Notes under the pieces: generated by a model | Seen by the model: the letters and a program-made list of their open reading frames with translations, nothing else | Told to the model about the DNA's origin: nothing | Database searches by the model: none | In this document: piece by piece, positions 27,608-36,412 of the stretch | Layout: each line of letters starts with the position of its first letter | How positions within the stretch are numbered: position 1 is the first letter of the stretch | Position numbers and translations under genes: made by a program | NCBI GenBank assembly: GCA_964404595.1 | Contig: CAYOKQ010000001.1 | Span: 22,618-71,165, forward strand | DNA length: 48,548 nucleotides | From: an uncultured Methanosarcinales archaeon | GTDB lineage: Archaea > Nanobdellota > Nanobdellia > Woesearchaeales > GW2011-AR9 | Reading direction: 5' to 3'

Positions 27608-29815
27608 ATGACCATGATCCGCAACTTTACTCCCCGCCTGTACCAGCAAACTATCTTGGGAACCGCCGCTCAGAAAAATACATTGGTGGTGCTCCCAACC
27701 GGCATGGGAAAAAGCGCCGTTGCTTTTATGCTCGCTGCCCAGCGATTGCAAAATTATCCTTCCTTTAAAATTTTAATGCTAGCACCAACCAAACCATTGT
27801 GCGAGCAGCATGTGCAGACCTTTCAAAAACATCTGGACCTCCCCCCACAGAAAATAGTATTATTTACAGGCAGTGTGTCTCCTGAAAAAAGAGGGGAATT
27901 ATGGAAAAATACCACGGTGGTAGTATCAACCCCCCAAGGATTGGAAAACGATGTCATTAATTCGCGAGTTAGATTAGAAGAGGTTTGCTTGCTGATCTTT
28001 GACGAATGCCATCATGCAACTAAAGAATACAGTTATGTCTGGCTGGCTCAGCAATACGAAAAATTAGCCAAATACCCCCGCATACTGGCTTTAACAGCTT
28101 CCCCCGGTTCTGACATGGAAAACATTCAAGAGATATGCAAAAATCTCTTTATAGAGAAAGTGGAAGTACGAACGGAAGAGGATCCTGATGTCAAGCCCTA
28201 TGTACAAGAAGTAAAATTCAAATGGATTAAAGTAGAATTTCCGGCGCAGTTCAAACAGGTGCAAAAATTTCTGCAGGACTGCAAAAAAAGCAAACTGATG
28301 GAAGCACAGCATTATGGGTATTGCAATGATATAAACCTGAATAAAACGCAGTTGTTGGCGCTGCAAGGGGAATTACATCAAAAAATTTCACAAGGAGAGC
28401 GAGATTTTGAAATGATGCGCTCAATATCACTGCTGGCAGAGGCACTCAAAGTGGACCACGCCTTAGAATTATTAGAATCGCAAGGAATTACGCAGCTTCA
28501 TTCTTACCTTTCGAAATTACAGCAGGAAGCTTCCAGCACCAAAGTAAAAGCAGTCCAAAATTTGGTAATAGATGAAAATTTCAAGTCCGCAGCATATCTT
28601 ACCGGGGAATTGGTGCAACAAGGCATAACCCATCCAAAATTAATAAAATTAAAAGAGCTGGTGCAAGAAGAAACTTTACGTGATTCTTCTCGAAAAATAA
28701 TTATTTTTACCCAATATCGGAATTCAGGAGAAGAAATAGTCAAAGCGCTCAATCAGCTGCAAATCAGCAATAGCATTTTTGTAGGACAAGCAAAGAAAAA
28801 CGGCACCGGTTTCTCGCAGAAGCAGCAGAAGGAAATTTTGGAAAAATTCCGCCAGGGTGAATTTAATGTTCTTATTGCGACGTCCGTTGCGGAAGAAGGT
28901 CTGGATATTCCAAAAGTAGATAAAGTGATTTTCTATGAGCCGATACCCAGTGCTATTCGTTCTATCCAGCGTAGGGGAAGAACAGGAAGATTGGAAGAAG
29001 GGGAAGTGACGATGCTCATCACTGCCGGAACACGCGATGAAGGATATCGCTGGAGTTCCGTGCATAAAGAAAAGCGGATGCACCGGAATCTGGAAGCGCT
29101 TAAAAAAGGAATTTCTATAGTGGCATCACCAGAGCCAACTACCTTACGACAATTCATCCCAAAGGAACAGCTGGTAGCCGTTGTTGCCGATCATCGGGAA
29201 AAAGATAATCGGGTGGTCAAGGAACTTATTGAGATCGGCGTGAGCGTGAAAACAGCACAATTGTATTCTGCTGACTATGTGATATCGGGACGGGTGGGGG
29301 TAGAACTCAAAAAAGTACCTGATTTTGTAGCCTCAATTATCGATGGGCGGGTGCTCGAACAAGTGCGCGACCTGAAAAAAAATTTTGAAAAGGCAATCCT
29401 CATTATCGAAGGAGAGGAAAATATGTACGCGGTGCGCAATGTGCATGCCAACGCCATCCGGGGTATGCTCGCGTCGATTGTGCTTGACTTTGGCGTGCCC
29501 GTCTTGTATACTAAGAATCCAAAAGATACTGCAGGTTTATTGGCGGTAATGGCCAAACGTGAACAAGATAAAGAAAAAGATTTTTCTTTGCATATCAAAA
29601 AGCCCCATTCGATGAAAGAGCAGCAGGAATTTTTGATTTCGGCCTTGCCGGGAATAGGAATAATCGTGGCAAGGAATTTATTGAATTATTTTGGCACGAT
29701 AAAGAGCGTGGTGAATGCATCGAAAGAGGAATTACAGGCGCTTGATGGGGTGGGGGAAAAGATTTCGGAAAGGTTGTGGCAGTTGTTTAATGAAGGATAT
29801 GGGAAGGAAAAATAA
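27608..29815 (+). CDS. hef: Hef: helicase-associated endonuclease for fork-structured DNA (SF2 helicase + XPF/ERCC4 nuclease + HhH2)
   Basis: Helicase motifs present: PRLYQQ, LPTGMGKS, FDECHHA, TASPG, QRRGRTGR. The ERCC4 nuclease part has DYVISGRVGVELKKVPDF. The C-terminus LPGIGIIVARNLL...LDGVGEKISERL is HhH2. Confidence 0.92.
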   Translation: MTMIRNFTPRLYQQTILGTAAQKNTLVVLPTGMGKSAVAFMLAAQRLQNYPSFKILMLAPTKPLCEQHVQTFQKHLDLPPQKIVLFTGSVSPEKRGELWKNTTVVVSTPQGLENDVINSRVRLEEVCLLIFDECHHATKEYSYVWLAQQYEKLAKYPRILALTASPGSDMENIQEICKNLFIEKVEVRTEEDPDVKPYVQEVKFKWIKVEFPAQFKQVQKFLQDCKKSKLMEAQHYGYCNDINLNKTQLLALQGELHQKISQGERDFEMMRSISLLAEALKVDHALELLESQGITQLHSYLSKLQQEASSTKVKAVQNLVIDENFKSAAYLTGELVQQGITHPKLIKLKELVQEETLRDSSRKIIIFTQYRNSGEEIVKALNQLQISNSIFVGQAKKNGTGFSQKQQKEILEKFRQGEFNVLIATSVAEEGLDIPKVDKVIFYEPIPSAIRSIQRRGRTGRLEEGEVTMLITAGTRDEGYRWSSVHKEKRMHRNLEALKKGISIVASPEPTTLRQFIPKEQLVAVVADHREKDNRVVKELIEIGVSVKTAQLYSADYVISGRVGVELKKVPDFVASIIDGRVLEQVRDLKKNFEKAILIIEGEENMYAVRNVHANAIRGMLASIVLDFGVPVLYTKNPKDTAGLLAVMAKREQDKEKDFSLHIKKPHSMKEQQEFLISALPGIGIIVARNLLNYFGTIKSVVNASKEELQALDGVGEKISERLWQLFNEGYGKEK

Positions 29816-29839
29816 ATAAAAATAAAAAAATAAAGAAAA

Positions 29840-30226
29840 TTAAAAAACTTCTTTCTTAAGCAAAGCTTTCTCTACGCTCCATTTCTTATTGCCATAGACT
29901 ATCAGCACCAAGAAAGCAGCAAAAAACAACACTGCTAATTCTCCGCCATTGGCTAATGGATTTAATCCTTGCTTGGCATGCACCATGAAGTACGCTACCA
30001 CCATCTGTATTGCTCCTAGTGTTGAAAGCAGTCGGGTAAACACTCCCAAGAATATGCCCACTCCCGCTACTACTTCCACGATCGCTGCCACTAACATCAA
30101 TCCCTGGGCCATGCCTGCGGCAAACTTGCCCCATCCATGCATGAAAAACAGCAAGCCGATTAATGCTCTAAACAATACATACAGGTAATCCCCATATTTT
30201 TGTACACATTTGTCACAATAACTCAT
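29840..30226 (-). CDS. DoxX-family membrane protein
   Basis: RALIGLLFFMHGWGKF plus 3-4 TM helices is typical of DoxX. Confidence 0.75.
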   Translation of the reverse strand: MSYCDKCVQKYGDYLYVLFRALIGLLFFMHGWGKFAAGMAQGLMLVAAIVEVVAGVGIFLGVFTRLLSTLGAIQMVVAYFMVHAKQGLNPLANGGELAVLFFAAFLVLIVYGNKKWSVEKALLKKEVF

Positions 30227-30270
30227 AGTTTACACCCCCTAATTTTAATATAGGAAAAAGCCTCTTCCAT

Positions 30271-31011
30271 TTAAACTTTTCTCGTTCGTATCTTCCCCGT
30301 CTGCCAATCTTTAAGTACCATTCGGGCCGCGGCATCGACATCCGGCTTGCCGCCAGACTGCAATTTATTGGTTTTGAACGCTAATTCTTCCAGCATTTCA
30401 TCCAGATCTTCATTTTTAAGTCCATAATGCTTCATGAAAAGCTCTTTATAATCACGAATCAATTCCAGGGCAGCTATTTCTGGATTTTTAATCTTGGAAT
30501 AATCTATGGAACCATGCTTGGCCATCAGCACTTCATTCTTTTCCCCGTAGGGAAACACACCAGGAGTATCGAGCAGCATAATCTTGGTGCCCACTCTTAT
30601 TTTTTGGATACCATGCGTAAAGCCGCTGTGGGGAGAGGTTAATGCCGCTTTTCGACCGGATAAGGCATTAATTAATGATGATTTTCCCACATTAGGATAG
30701 CCTAATATCCCAACTACTACATTTTCTCCATGGGACAATTCCATAATTTTCTTTTTTAAGATAGTGGTGCCAAGCTTATCGGTGCTGGAGATGTACACTG
30801 CCGGATGTAAATCCTGTTTGGCTCGTTTGATCTGCTCTATATCGACTAAATCGCATTTGTTTATCACAAATAATAATTTTTTACCGGATTTCTCTACTTT
30901 TTTTTCGATCTCTCTGTTTCGAGTCTGTTCAACCAAACGAGCATCAAGTACTTCGATGAGAATATCGGCATCTTGCAGTACTCTATTGACGTGTCGCCAG
31001 AAGGATGGCAT
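30271..31011 (-). CDS. circularly permuted GTPase (YlqF/RbgA / MJ1464-like ribosome-biogenesis GTPase)
   Basis: The motif order is permuted as G4-G1-G3: NKCDLV precedes GYPNVGKSSLINAL and LLDTPGV. Confidence 0.85.
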   Translation of the reverse strand: MPSFWRHVNRVLQDADILIEVLDARLVEQTRNREIEKKVEKSGKKLLFVINKCDLVDIEQIKRAKQDLHPAVYISSTDKLGTTILKKKIMELSHGENVVVGILGYPNVGKSSLINALSGRKAALTSPHSGFTHGIQKIRVGTKIMLLDTPGVFPYGEKNEVLMAKHGSIDYSKIKNPEIAALELIRDYKELFMKHYGLKNEDLDEMLEELAFKTNKLQSGGKPDVDAAARMVLKDWQTGKIRTRKV

Positions 31012-31089
31012 GAGATGTGAAATAGTGGCGTGTTTATAAAACCTGTTTTAGTAATTATCTTACTATAGAGTAGTAAATTTATAGAAAAC

Positions 31090-31099
31090 TTTAAAAATA
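31090..31099 (+). promoter_or_regulatory. TATA-like box (TTTAAAAATA) about 30 nt upstream of the RHH gene start
   Basis: Spacing fits an archaeal promoter giving a near-leaderless transcript of the 31126..38960 operon. Confidence 0.35.
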
Positions 31100-31125
31100 G
31101 GAGCAATTCTTGCTCTTTTATACCC

Positions 31126-31263
31126 ATGAAGCGTAAAATTAGCGTAAGCTTTGAAGAAAGCACTATAGCGAAATTAGACGGTCTACTAGAAAATGGTGCT
31201 TTCCGTAATAAGAGCCATATTGTGGAATTTGCAGTGAAAAAACTATTGGAGGAGAGACAATGA
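31126..31263 (+). CDS. ribbon-helix-helix (CopG/Arc/MetJ-type) DNA-binding protein, 45 aa
   Basis: Not in the ORF track (<60 aa). It reads MKRKISVSFEESTIAKLDGLLENGAFRNKSHIVEFAVKKLLEERQ. This fits a beta-strand (KISVSFE) followed by helix-helix, with the typical (R/N)xSxxI pattern. Its stop overlaps the next start within ATGA at 31260..31263. Confidence 0.7.
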   Translation: MKRKISVSFEESTIAKLDGLLENGAFRNKSHIVEFAVKKLLEERQ

Positions 31264-34200
31264 GTCCGCTCGAAGCACAAGTTCAAAAGAGCAGCTCAAT
31301 TTCTCGTTTTGCGGAACGTTGTGTGAGAGAGGCCTATGATCCTCGCTATGTGCATGATATAATCTATGAAACTTATAGGGTTCTCCACAATAGTATTGAT
31401 GATGAACTAGTTAGCTTAGAAGAAAAAGAGCTTGCAAAGCAAGAAATCAGGGAAGAATATCAATGCCTATTAGAAGACTTGCCCTGCTTTGCAAATAATT
31501 CTCAACAGCCAAGAGAACTTCTTGCATATGAAGAAGGTATTGCTTTAGGTAATTGGAGCAGAGGAATCAATGAGGCCTATAAAAAATTAGCTGGTGAAGT
31601 TGTACAGGAAACTGGAATTGATCCACTCTATGATCCTCGCAGTGTTTTTGATAATATCGGGTTGTATATTCAAGATAAGCAGTTTCCATGGTTGGAAAGA
31701 ATTGTGAGTATACTTCGTACCTATGGATCCAAATTTCTTGATAATAATTTAATTGAGTTAGATGACGAAAGCAAAAAAGCAAGAGTAGAAGCTTGGCATA
31801 GCACGCTACCCCCAGAATTAGGACAACTCTGCTCGCAGGGTGATCTATCTGATGTTATGCATTTAGGTTCTAAAGCCATGGCTGATGCTTTTTTAACCTA
31901 CTTTAATCATCATTGTCTCTCTGGATCTTTAGGGGAATCTGCCGTTTCACCAGGAGTATTTACCTCTCCCGATGAATTTAGACATGTAACAGTAGATCAT
32001 TTTTATAGTTTTGTACGAATTTCACAAAAAGTACTCGCAAAATATCTATTAGCCAAAGCTCGTGAACAGGGAGTAAATACAGCTGATCATGATTTTTGGG
32101 AGTATACCATCTTAGAATTAGCAGAGAGCAAAAAACGGATGGATACGAATCCCACCATCAATCAAAAGATACGGCCAACATTAGATTTACTCCATAGTGA
32201 GATGGTGCATTATGTTCGGAACTTGGCTGAAATAGATTTAACTGTCCTACGTCGTGATGGCGACGTACAAGCTCCTTTTGTCTCGCAATTAGATTCGGTG
32301 TATGTGCTTAGGGCAGAGAAACACAATGGTTCGCGCGACCGAGCTATATTTGCTGATGAAATGGGAACTGGTAAAACATTATCAGCGATATTAGCTGATG
32401 CGCTTTATAGAAAAGAAGGGGCAGTAAAGAGAACGCTGGTTATCTGTCCCAATCAGATGAAAAAAGAATGGGAAGAACGTTTCACTAAATACCTTTCTGA
32501 CAAAATCATTCAAAAATGGTATAGCAGTGAGGGCACATCATCTATTGGTGTCATTAATGGGTCTAAGTCACTGAAAGACATTGAGCAACATGCTGTCGTA
32601 ATAGTTAATTATGAAATGGTGCATCGCTCACTCCAATATGTAGAAAATGAAGAAGGGGTTGTGCTCGAACTTGCAAGTCAGGCCTTATTCAACGGTGTTG
32701 AAGACGTCTTTAAAGAAAATGAAACGTTGGAAGCGATTTGTTCCAGTGCAATGGAATATCTCTTGGCTAGGACAACTTTAAGAGACGCACAAAGACAGTT
32801 TAATGATAAACAACAGATACTCGAATGGATAGGAGACGATGTACGTAAAGCTGCATTTGCGTTAGCTACAGAAATGTATTTGCGTGATGAAAAGCGCACA
32901 ACCGAAAGTCTTTTTAGTTATGGGGCTGATTTTTTGATTCTGGATGAAGCGCACGCCATTAAGAATCCTGATGCTAAAAGGACGAAAGGAATAAGCGAAC
33001 TTGTCGCTGAAACTGCGAGAGTAGCGTTACTCACTGGCACCTTAATCCCCAATCGCTATGACGACATCAGTATTCCATTGCAGCTGGTTGATAGCAGCTA
33101 CAAACCAGAAAAAATCACACTGGGAGAGGGGGGCACTACCTTAGCTCCAAAATTGCGGCGTATCCGACAGGCATTAATTCCATACTTAAGCCGCAATTTA
33201 CGAGAAGAAGTGTCACCACGCAGCTATTCTATAACTTCGGAGGTGGAACGAGATGAAGTGGTGGAAGCAGACGAAGTAATGTTAATGACGTATAGGGCGA
33301 TAATCGAAGATAATCAATTATCCTTTGCAGAAAAAACTCGCCTGACACGCTTAGCAACACTCCATCCCGCCCTTGCTATCAATAAACTCTGGCAAATGTC
33401 TGAACGTGAAGACAGTTGGATTGATGCAGATGCTATTATTGAACATATTATGGATTCCTTGTCTGGAGATGTGTGGAAAACCCTGACGGATGGTTCATAC
33501 GTGCCACCGAAATACAAAAAAATTGTTGCTGAAGCAGGAGAGCATCCACACAACGTCGTGGTATTTACGTCCCACATTGAGGGGAATACTCGACCGTTGG
33601 AAAAACCCATATTTCCCATAAAGACATTGATGGAGTATTTACAGGAAGCACTGCCTCATAAAAAAATTTTGCTTCACGATGGCAGGACTGACGATCACAA
33701 GAATCCAGAACAATCAGAACGAAAAATAATTTTAAGGGAATACGGCAGCAGAGATGATGTGGTTCTCGTCGCTTCCTATTCTACCTTAGGTGAGGGATCG
33801 GACCTGACACGAGGCACTAAAGTAATTGGTTTAGATTTACCTTACGCTATTCCAGAACAAGGCGTAGGAAGAATTGATAGAATAACTCAAACCAGGGACG
33901 TAACGGCAAAATATCTTACCATAAAAGATGCCAGACTGTCTGCGGGAACAAAGTCAGGACTTACTATTGATGAGGCTGTATTGCAGTTAGGGCGGGACAA
34001 GCAAACTGTTTCATCTATTCTGGTAGACGGTCGGCCTCCTGGAAAAGAAGAACTGGAAGCATACCAGAAATTATTGGAGCAGAATGGGGAAACTCCGTAC
34101 ACTTACACACCTTTGCGTGGAGGCTTAGAGCTTCATAATAAGGAGAAAGAACAAGCTGAACAATTGCGAATTTTTATCAATAGAACTGCCAGCAACAATC

Positions 34201-34991
34201 GTGGCAGTAGAAGAAATGTCAAAGATTTTGAAGAATACTTGCAGCGAACCTACATTGAAAAATCAGTCCTAGAACCAACCAGTTATACCTTCAAATCTAA
34301 TAGTATGTTAGCGCAATTAGTTGCTCCAATTGTAGAAAGTAAACGTCTCGCAGATGTTGGCGGAGGTCCAGCTTCTTTAGCATTAGCCGGGTTAAACAAT
34401 GCTTACGATATTATTGATCCAACTGCATGGAGACAAGTCTTAGAACAAATACTTCGGGAAAGGGGGACCAATTTCCCAGAAAATGCGCACTTCCATCAGC
34501 AATTCCTGGCTGATTTTGCAGCCCAAAATCCTAATGTTCTCTATGATATAATTACATGTAACAATATGTTACATTGGACCACGCCGCGTGCTCCTAATGG
34601 AAAATTCTCTGAGCGAGAACAAACCTTGCGAGAAATTAATGGACATCTTACCACTTCCGGAATTTTTGTCTTAGGGATGCCGGGAGAATATTCCCAATCA
34701 GCGCAGGCAAATTTAGAAACTATTTTACAGCATACTGGCTTTCATGAGTATACTCTTGACCAAGTGAGCTCGCCACAAGACAAAGGGTTCCAGGAGTTAG
34801 TGGTAGTTGCGAAGAAAACGGGAGAACCACGTGGTGAACCATTACATGGATCACAATTGATTTTCAAATATTCTACCGGAAGAGCTGTTAAACGATTACG
34901 TGGAGGAAAAGAGGAAAAAAAGCCAAAAGAAGGTGCGAAAGCAGATATTTTCCTCTTCGGCACCAAGAATATCCGTAAGGTGCTAGAATGA
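31260..34991 (+). CDS. SNF2-family ATPase fused to a C-terminal class I SAM-dependent methyltransferase, with an ~360-aa N-terminal region of unknown function
   Basis: Helicase motif I is ADEMGTGKT (aa 365-373), II is LILDEAHAIKN (aa 560-570), III is LLTGTLIPNR, V is ASYSTLGEGSDLT, and VI is QGVGRIDRITQTR (~aa 867). The methyltransferase motif I is LADVGGGPASLAL (~aa 1030), followed by YDIIDP, DIITCNNMLHW and GIFVLGMP. There is no (D/N)PP(Y/F/W) motif. Confidence 0.85.
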   Translation: MSPLEAQVQKSSSISRFAERCVREAYDPRYVHDIIYETYRVLHNSIDDELVSLEEKELAKQEIREEYQCLLEDLPCFANNSQQPRELLAYEEGIALGNWSRGINEAYKKLAGEVVQETGIDPLYDPRSVFDNIGLYIQDKQFPWLERIVSILRTYGSKFLDNNLIELDDESKKARVEAWHSTLPPELGQLCSQGDLSDVMHLGSKAMADAFLTYFNHHCLSGSLGESAVSPGVFTSPDEFRHVTVDHFYSFVRISQKVLAKYLLAKAREQGVNTADHDFWEYTILELAESKKRMDTNPTINQKIRPTLDLLHSEMVHYVRNLAEIDLTVLRRDGDVQAPFVSQLDSVYVLRAEKHNGSRDRAIFADEMGTGKTLSAILADALYRKEGAVKRTLVICPNQMKKEWEERFTKYLSDKIIQKWYSSEGTSSIGVINGSKSLKDIEQHAVVIVNYEMVHRSLQYVENEEGVVLELASQALFNGVEDVFKENETLEAICSSAMEYLLARTTLRDAQRQFNDKQQILEWIGDDVRKAAFALATEMYLRDEKRTTESLFSYGADFLILDEAHAIKNPDAKRTKGISELVAETARVALLTGTLIPNRYDDISIPLQLVDSSYKPEKITLGEGGTTLAPKLRRIRQALIPYLSRNLREEVSPRSYSITSEVERDEVVEADEVMLMTYRAIIEDNQLSFAEKTRLTRLATLHPALAINKLWQMSEREDSWIDADAIIEHIMDSLSGDVWKTLTDGSYVPPKYKKIVAEAGEHPHNVVVFTSHIEGNTRPLEKPIFPIKTLMEYLQEALPHKKILLHDGRTDDHKNPEQSERKIILREYGSRDDVVLVASYSTLGEGSDLTRGTKVIGLDLPYAIPEQGVGRIDRITQTRDVTAKYLTIKDARLSAGTKSGLTIDEAVLQLGRDKQTVSSILVDGRPPGKEELEAYQKLLEQNGETPYTYTPLRGGLELHNKEKEQAEQLRIFINRTASNNRGSRRNVKDFEEYLQRTYIEKSVLEPTSYTFKSNSMLAQLVAPIVESKRLADVGGGPASLALAGLNNAYDIIDPTAWRQVLEQILRERGTNFPENAHFHQQFLADFAAQNPNVLYDIITCNNMLHWTTPRAPNGKFSEREQTLREINGHLTTSGIFVLGMPGEYSQSAQANLETILQHTGFHEYTLDQVSSPQDKGFQELVVVAKKTGEPRGEPLHGSQLIFKYSTGRAVKRLRGGKEEKKPKEGAKADIFLFGTKNIRKVLE

Positions 34992-36412
34992 CTCTTGACA
35001 AAATCGTGCGCGGAATCGAATCGAGGTTAGCAGAACAATCAGCTATTCTTCATCTTGCCAATGCCTGGATGGACAGGACAAATGGCGTAGTGAGAGAAAG
35101 ATTTACAATAAGTGCACAGGAATACATTACTCAACTACAAAATGTACCGTTATGGCATGAAGTCAAAGAGGATATTCCCCTATATACTCACCTTATTGGC
35201 AGTACATATCTCACCGGTGTTTCACGCGAGGAAGCAGAAGTTACCCTATGCTTAAGGCATTTTCCTACTGCCATTCATGCTTTGTCTCACTTTCTAAAGC
35301 ATCCAGAATATTCTACCAACTCACAGTATCACACCTTTGGTTCGCCACTAACGCTGACACAGGTTTTACGAGATTATTCTACCACTCTCAGTGAGGAAGG
35401 TGGATTTAAACCTAGGGCTGGAGATTGTAATACCTTTTTTTTTGCACTAAAAAAGAGAAATTTTCGAGAGGACAGAATTGTACAGCTTCTTGGATTAACG
35501 AAAGAGTGGGATGAATATAGGCACTCGAAAGGAATTCCAAAGTATATCCGTAAAGCGGTGCATGCAACAGTAGAGACCTTCTTACAGAATCCTGATTATT
35601 GTAATGATGCACATAATAAATTTGGCAGTCCCAAGAAACTTTTATTTGTCTTAAGAAAGGCAGAGGTTGAAGGATGTACTGCAGCAGTACATGCCTTGCG
35701 CTATGGGTATACCTCAGAGGAATCATTGTTAGAAGCAGTTGATCTCAAGCGAGAATGGACAACATATCAACGTACTAAAGGTATTCCAAAAGGATATAGA
35801 GAGACGGCAGACCAAGTTCTGCGTCATTTTCTTGCAGATCCGGATTATAATGCCGATGGTAGAAAAAATACTGCTTCGCAAGATGATAAAAGTTTTGGAG
35901 CCCCTTTTTCTTTATTACGGGTGCTGTTAAACTACAGAATAGATAATAATGGTAGAGCCTCATGGCAAAAGTTTAAGGGCGATGCTGGCGATGTTGCTAA
36001 TTCCATGCGCAAGAAGAGGTTTACATCAGAAAAATTATTAGAATCAATTTGTCTCTCAGAAGCATGGTCAGTGTATCAGGCAGCTCGGGGAATACCGAAA
36101 CGGTACAGAGAGGCCGCTACAGAGGTTGTGACTCATTTTTTACAGTGTCCTCTCTACACCAGGGGTAAAGGAAAAGGAAATTATACTGGCCAACCCTGGA
36201 AATTGAGGTCCATCTTACGTGATTATCACCCTGATGCCCAAGATTTGAAAAGGAAGGGGCCCGCGTATATGGTTTGGGCTGCTGTAAGCACTGGTAAAAT
36301 TTCAGAGGAACAACTTCTGGATACAATAGGCTTAACAGAACCATGGCAGGACTATCAACACAGCACTGCGGCTGCTCCTTTCCTGTTTATGCCAGAGAGG
36401 TATCAACAATGA
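34988..36412 (+). CDS. repeat protein paralog 1 (474 aa): conserved ~103-aa head plus 4 repeat units; unknown family
   Basis: The start shares an ATGA with the upstream stop. The head MTLDKIVRGIESRLAEQSAILHLANAWMDRTNG is shared with the next two genes. Hand-parsed units are aa 104-199, 200-282, 283-385 and 386-474. Confidence 0.85.
   Translation: MTLDKIVRGIESRLAEQSAILHLANAWMDRTNGVVRERFTISAQEYITQLQNVPLWHEVKEDIPLYTHLIGSTYLTGVSREEAEVTLCLRHFPTAIHALSHFLKHPEYSTNSQYHTFGSPLTLTQVLRDYSTTLSEEGGFKPRAGDCNTFFFALKKRNFREDRIVQLLGLTKEWDEYRHSKGIPKYIRKAVHATVETFLQNPDYCNDAHNKFGSPKKLLFVLRKAEVEGCTAAVHALRYGYTSEESLLEAVDLKREWTTYQRTKGIPKGYRETADQVLRHFLADPDYNADGRKNTASQDDKSFGAPFSLLRVLLNYRIDNNGRASWQKFKGDAGDVANSMRKKRFTSEKLLESICLSEAWSVYQAARGIPKRYREAATEVVTHFLQCPLYTRGKGKGNYTGQPWKLRSILRDYHPDAQDLKRKGPAYMVWAAVSTGKISEEQLLDTIGLTEPWQDYQHSTAAAPFLFMPERYQQ
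35297..36409 (+). repeat. intragenic array of 4 protein-level repeat units (83-103 aa each) in paralog 1
   Basis: Recurring pattern: FL-x2-P-x-Y ... FG(S/A)P..L..VL..Y ... G(D)C/A ... (S/T)EE.(L)L(D/E).(V/I)(G/D)L.(E)W..YQ..(K/R)GIP...R ... FL. Confidence 0.75.

Noticed and set aside
31260-34991. Interpretation as a type ISP / type I R-M enzyme, or as DISARM or BREX components
   Set aside because: There is no NPPY/DPPY-type motif, no nuclease (Mrr/PD-ExK) head, no TRD-like region that I can see, and none of the DISARM (DUF1998, PLD) or BREX (PglZ, PglX, BrxC) partners nearby. The similarity is only at the level of helicase plus methyltransferase.
36343-36408. Upstream start (ATG 36343) for paralog 2, and GTG 37815 for paralog 3, as given by the ORF track
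   Set aside because: The extra residues (MAGLSTQHCGCSFPVYAREVST and MYS) have no counterpart in the other paralogs, and 36343 would overlap paralog 1 by 70 nt. The ATGs at 36409 and 37824 align the three N-termini and create the same ATGA coupling seen at the other junctions.
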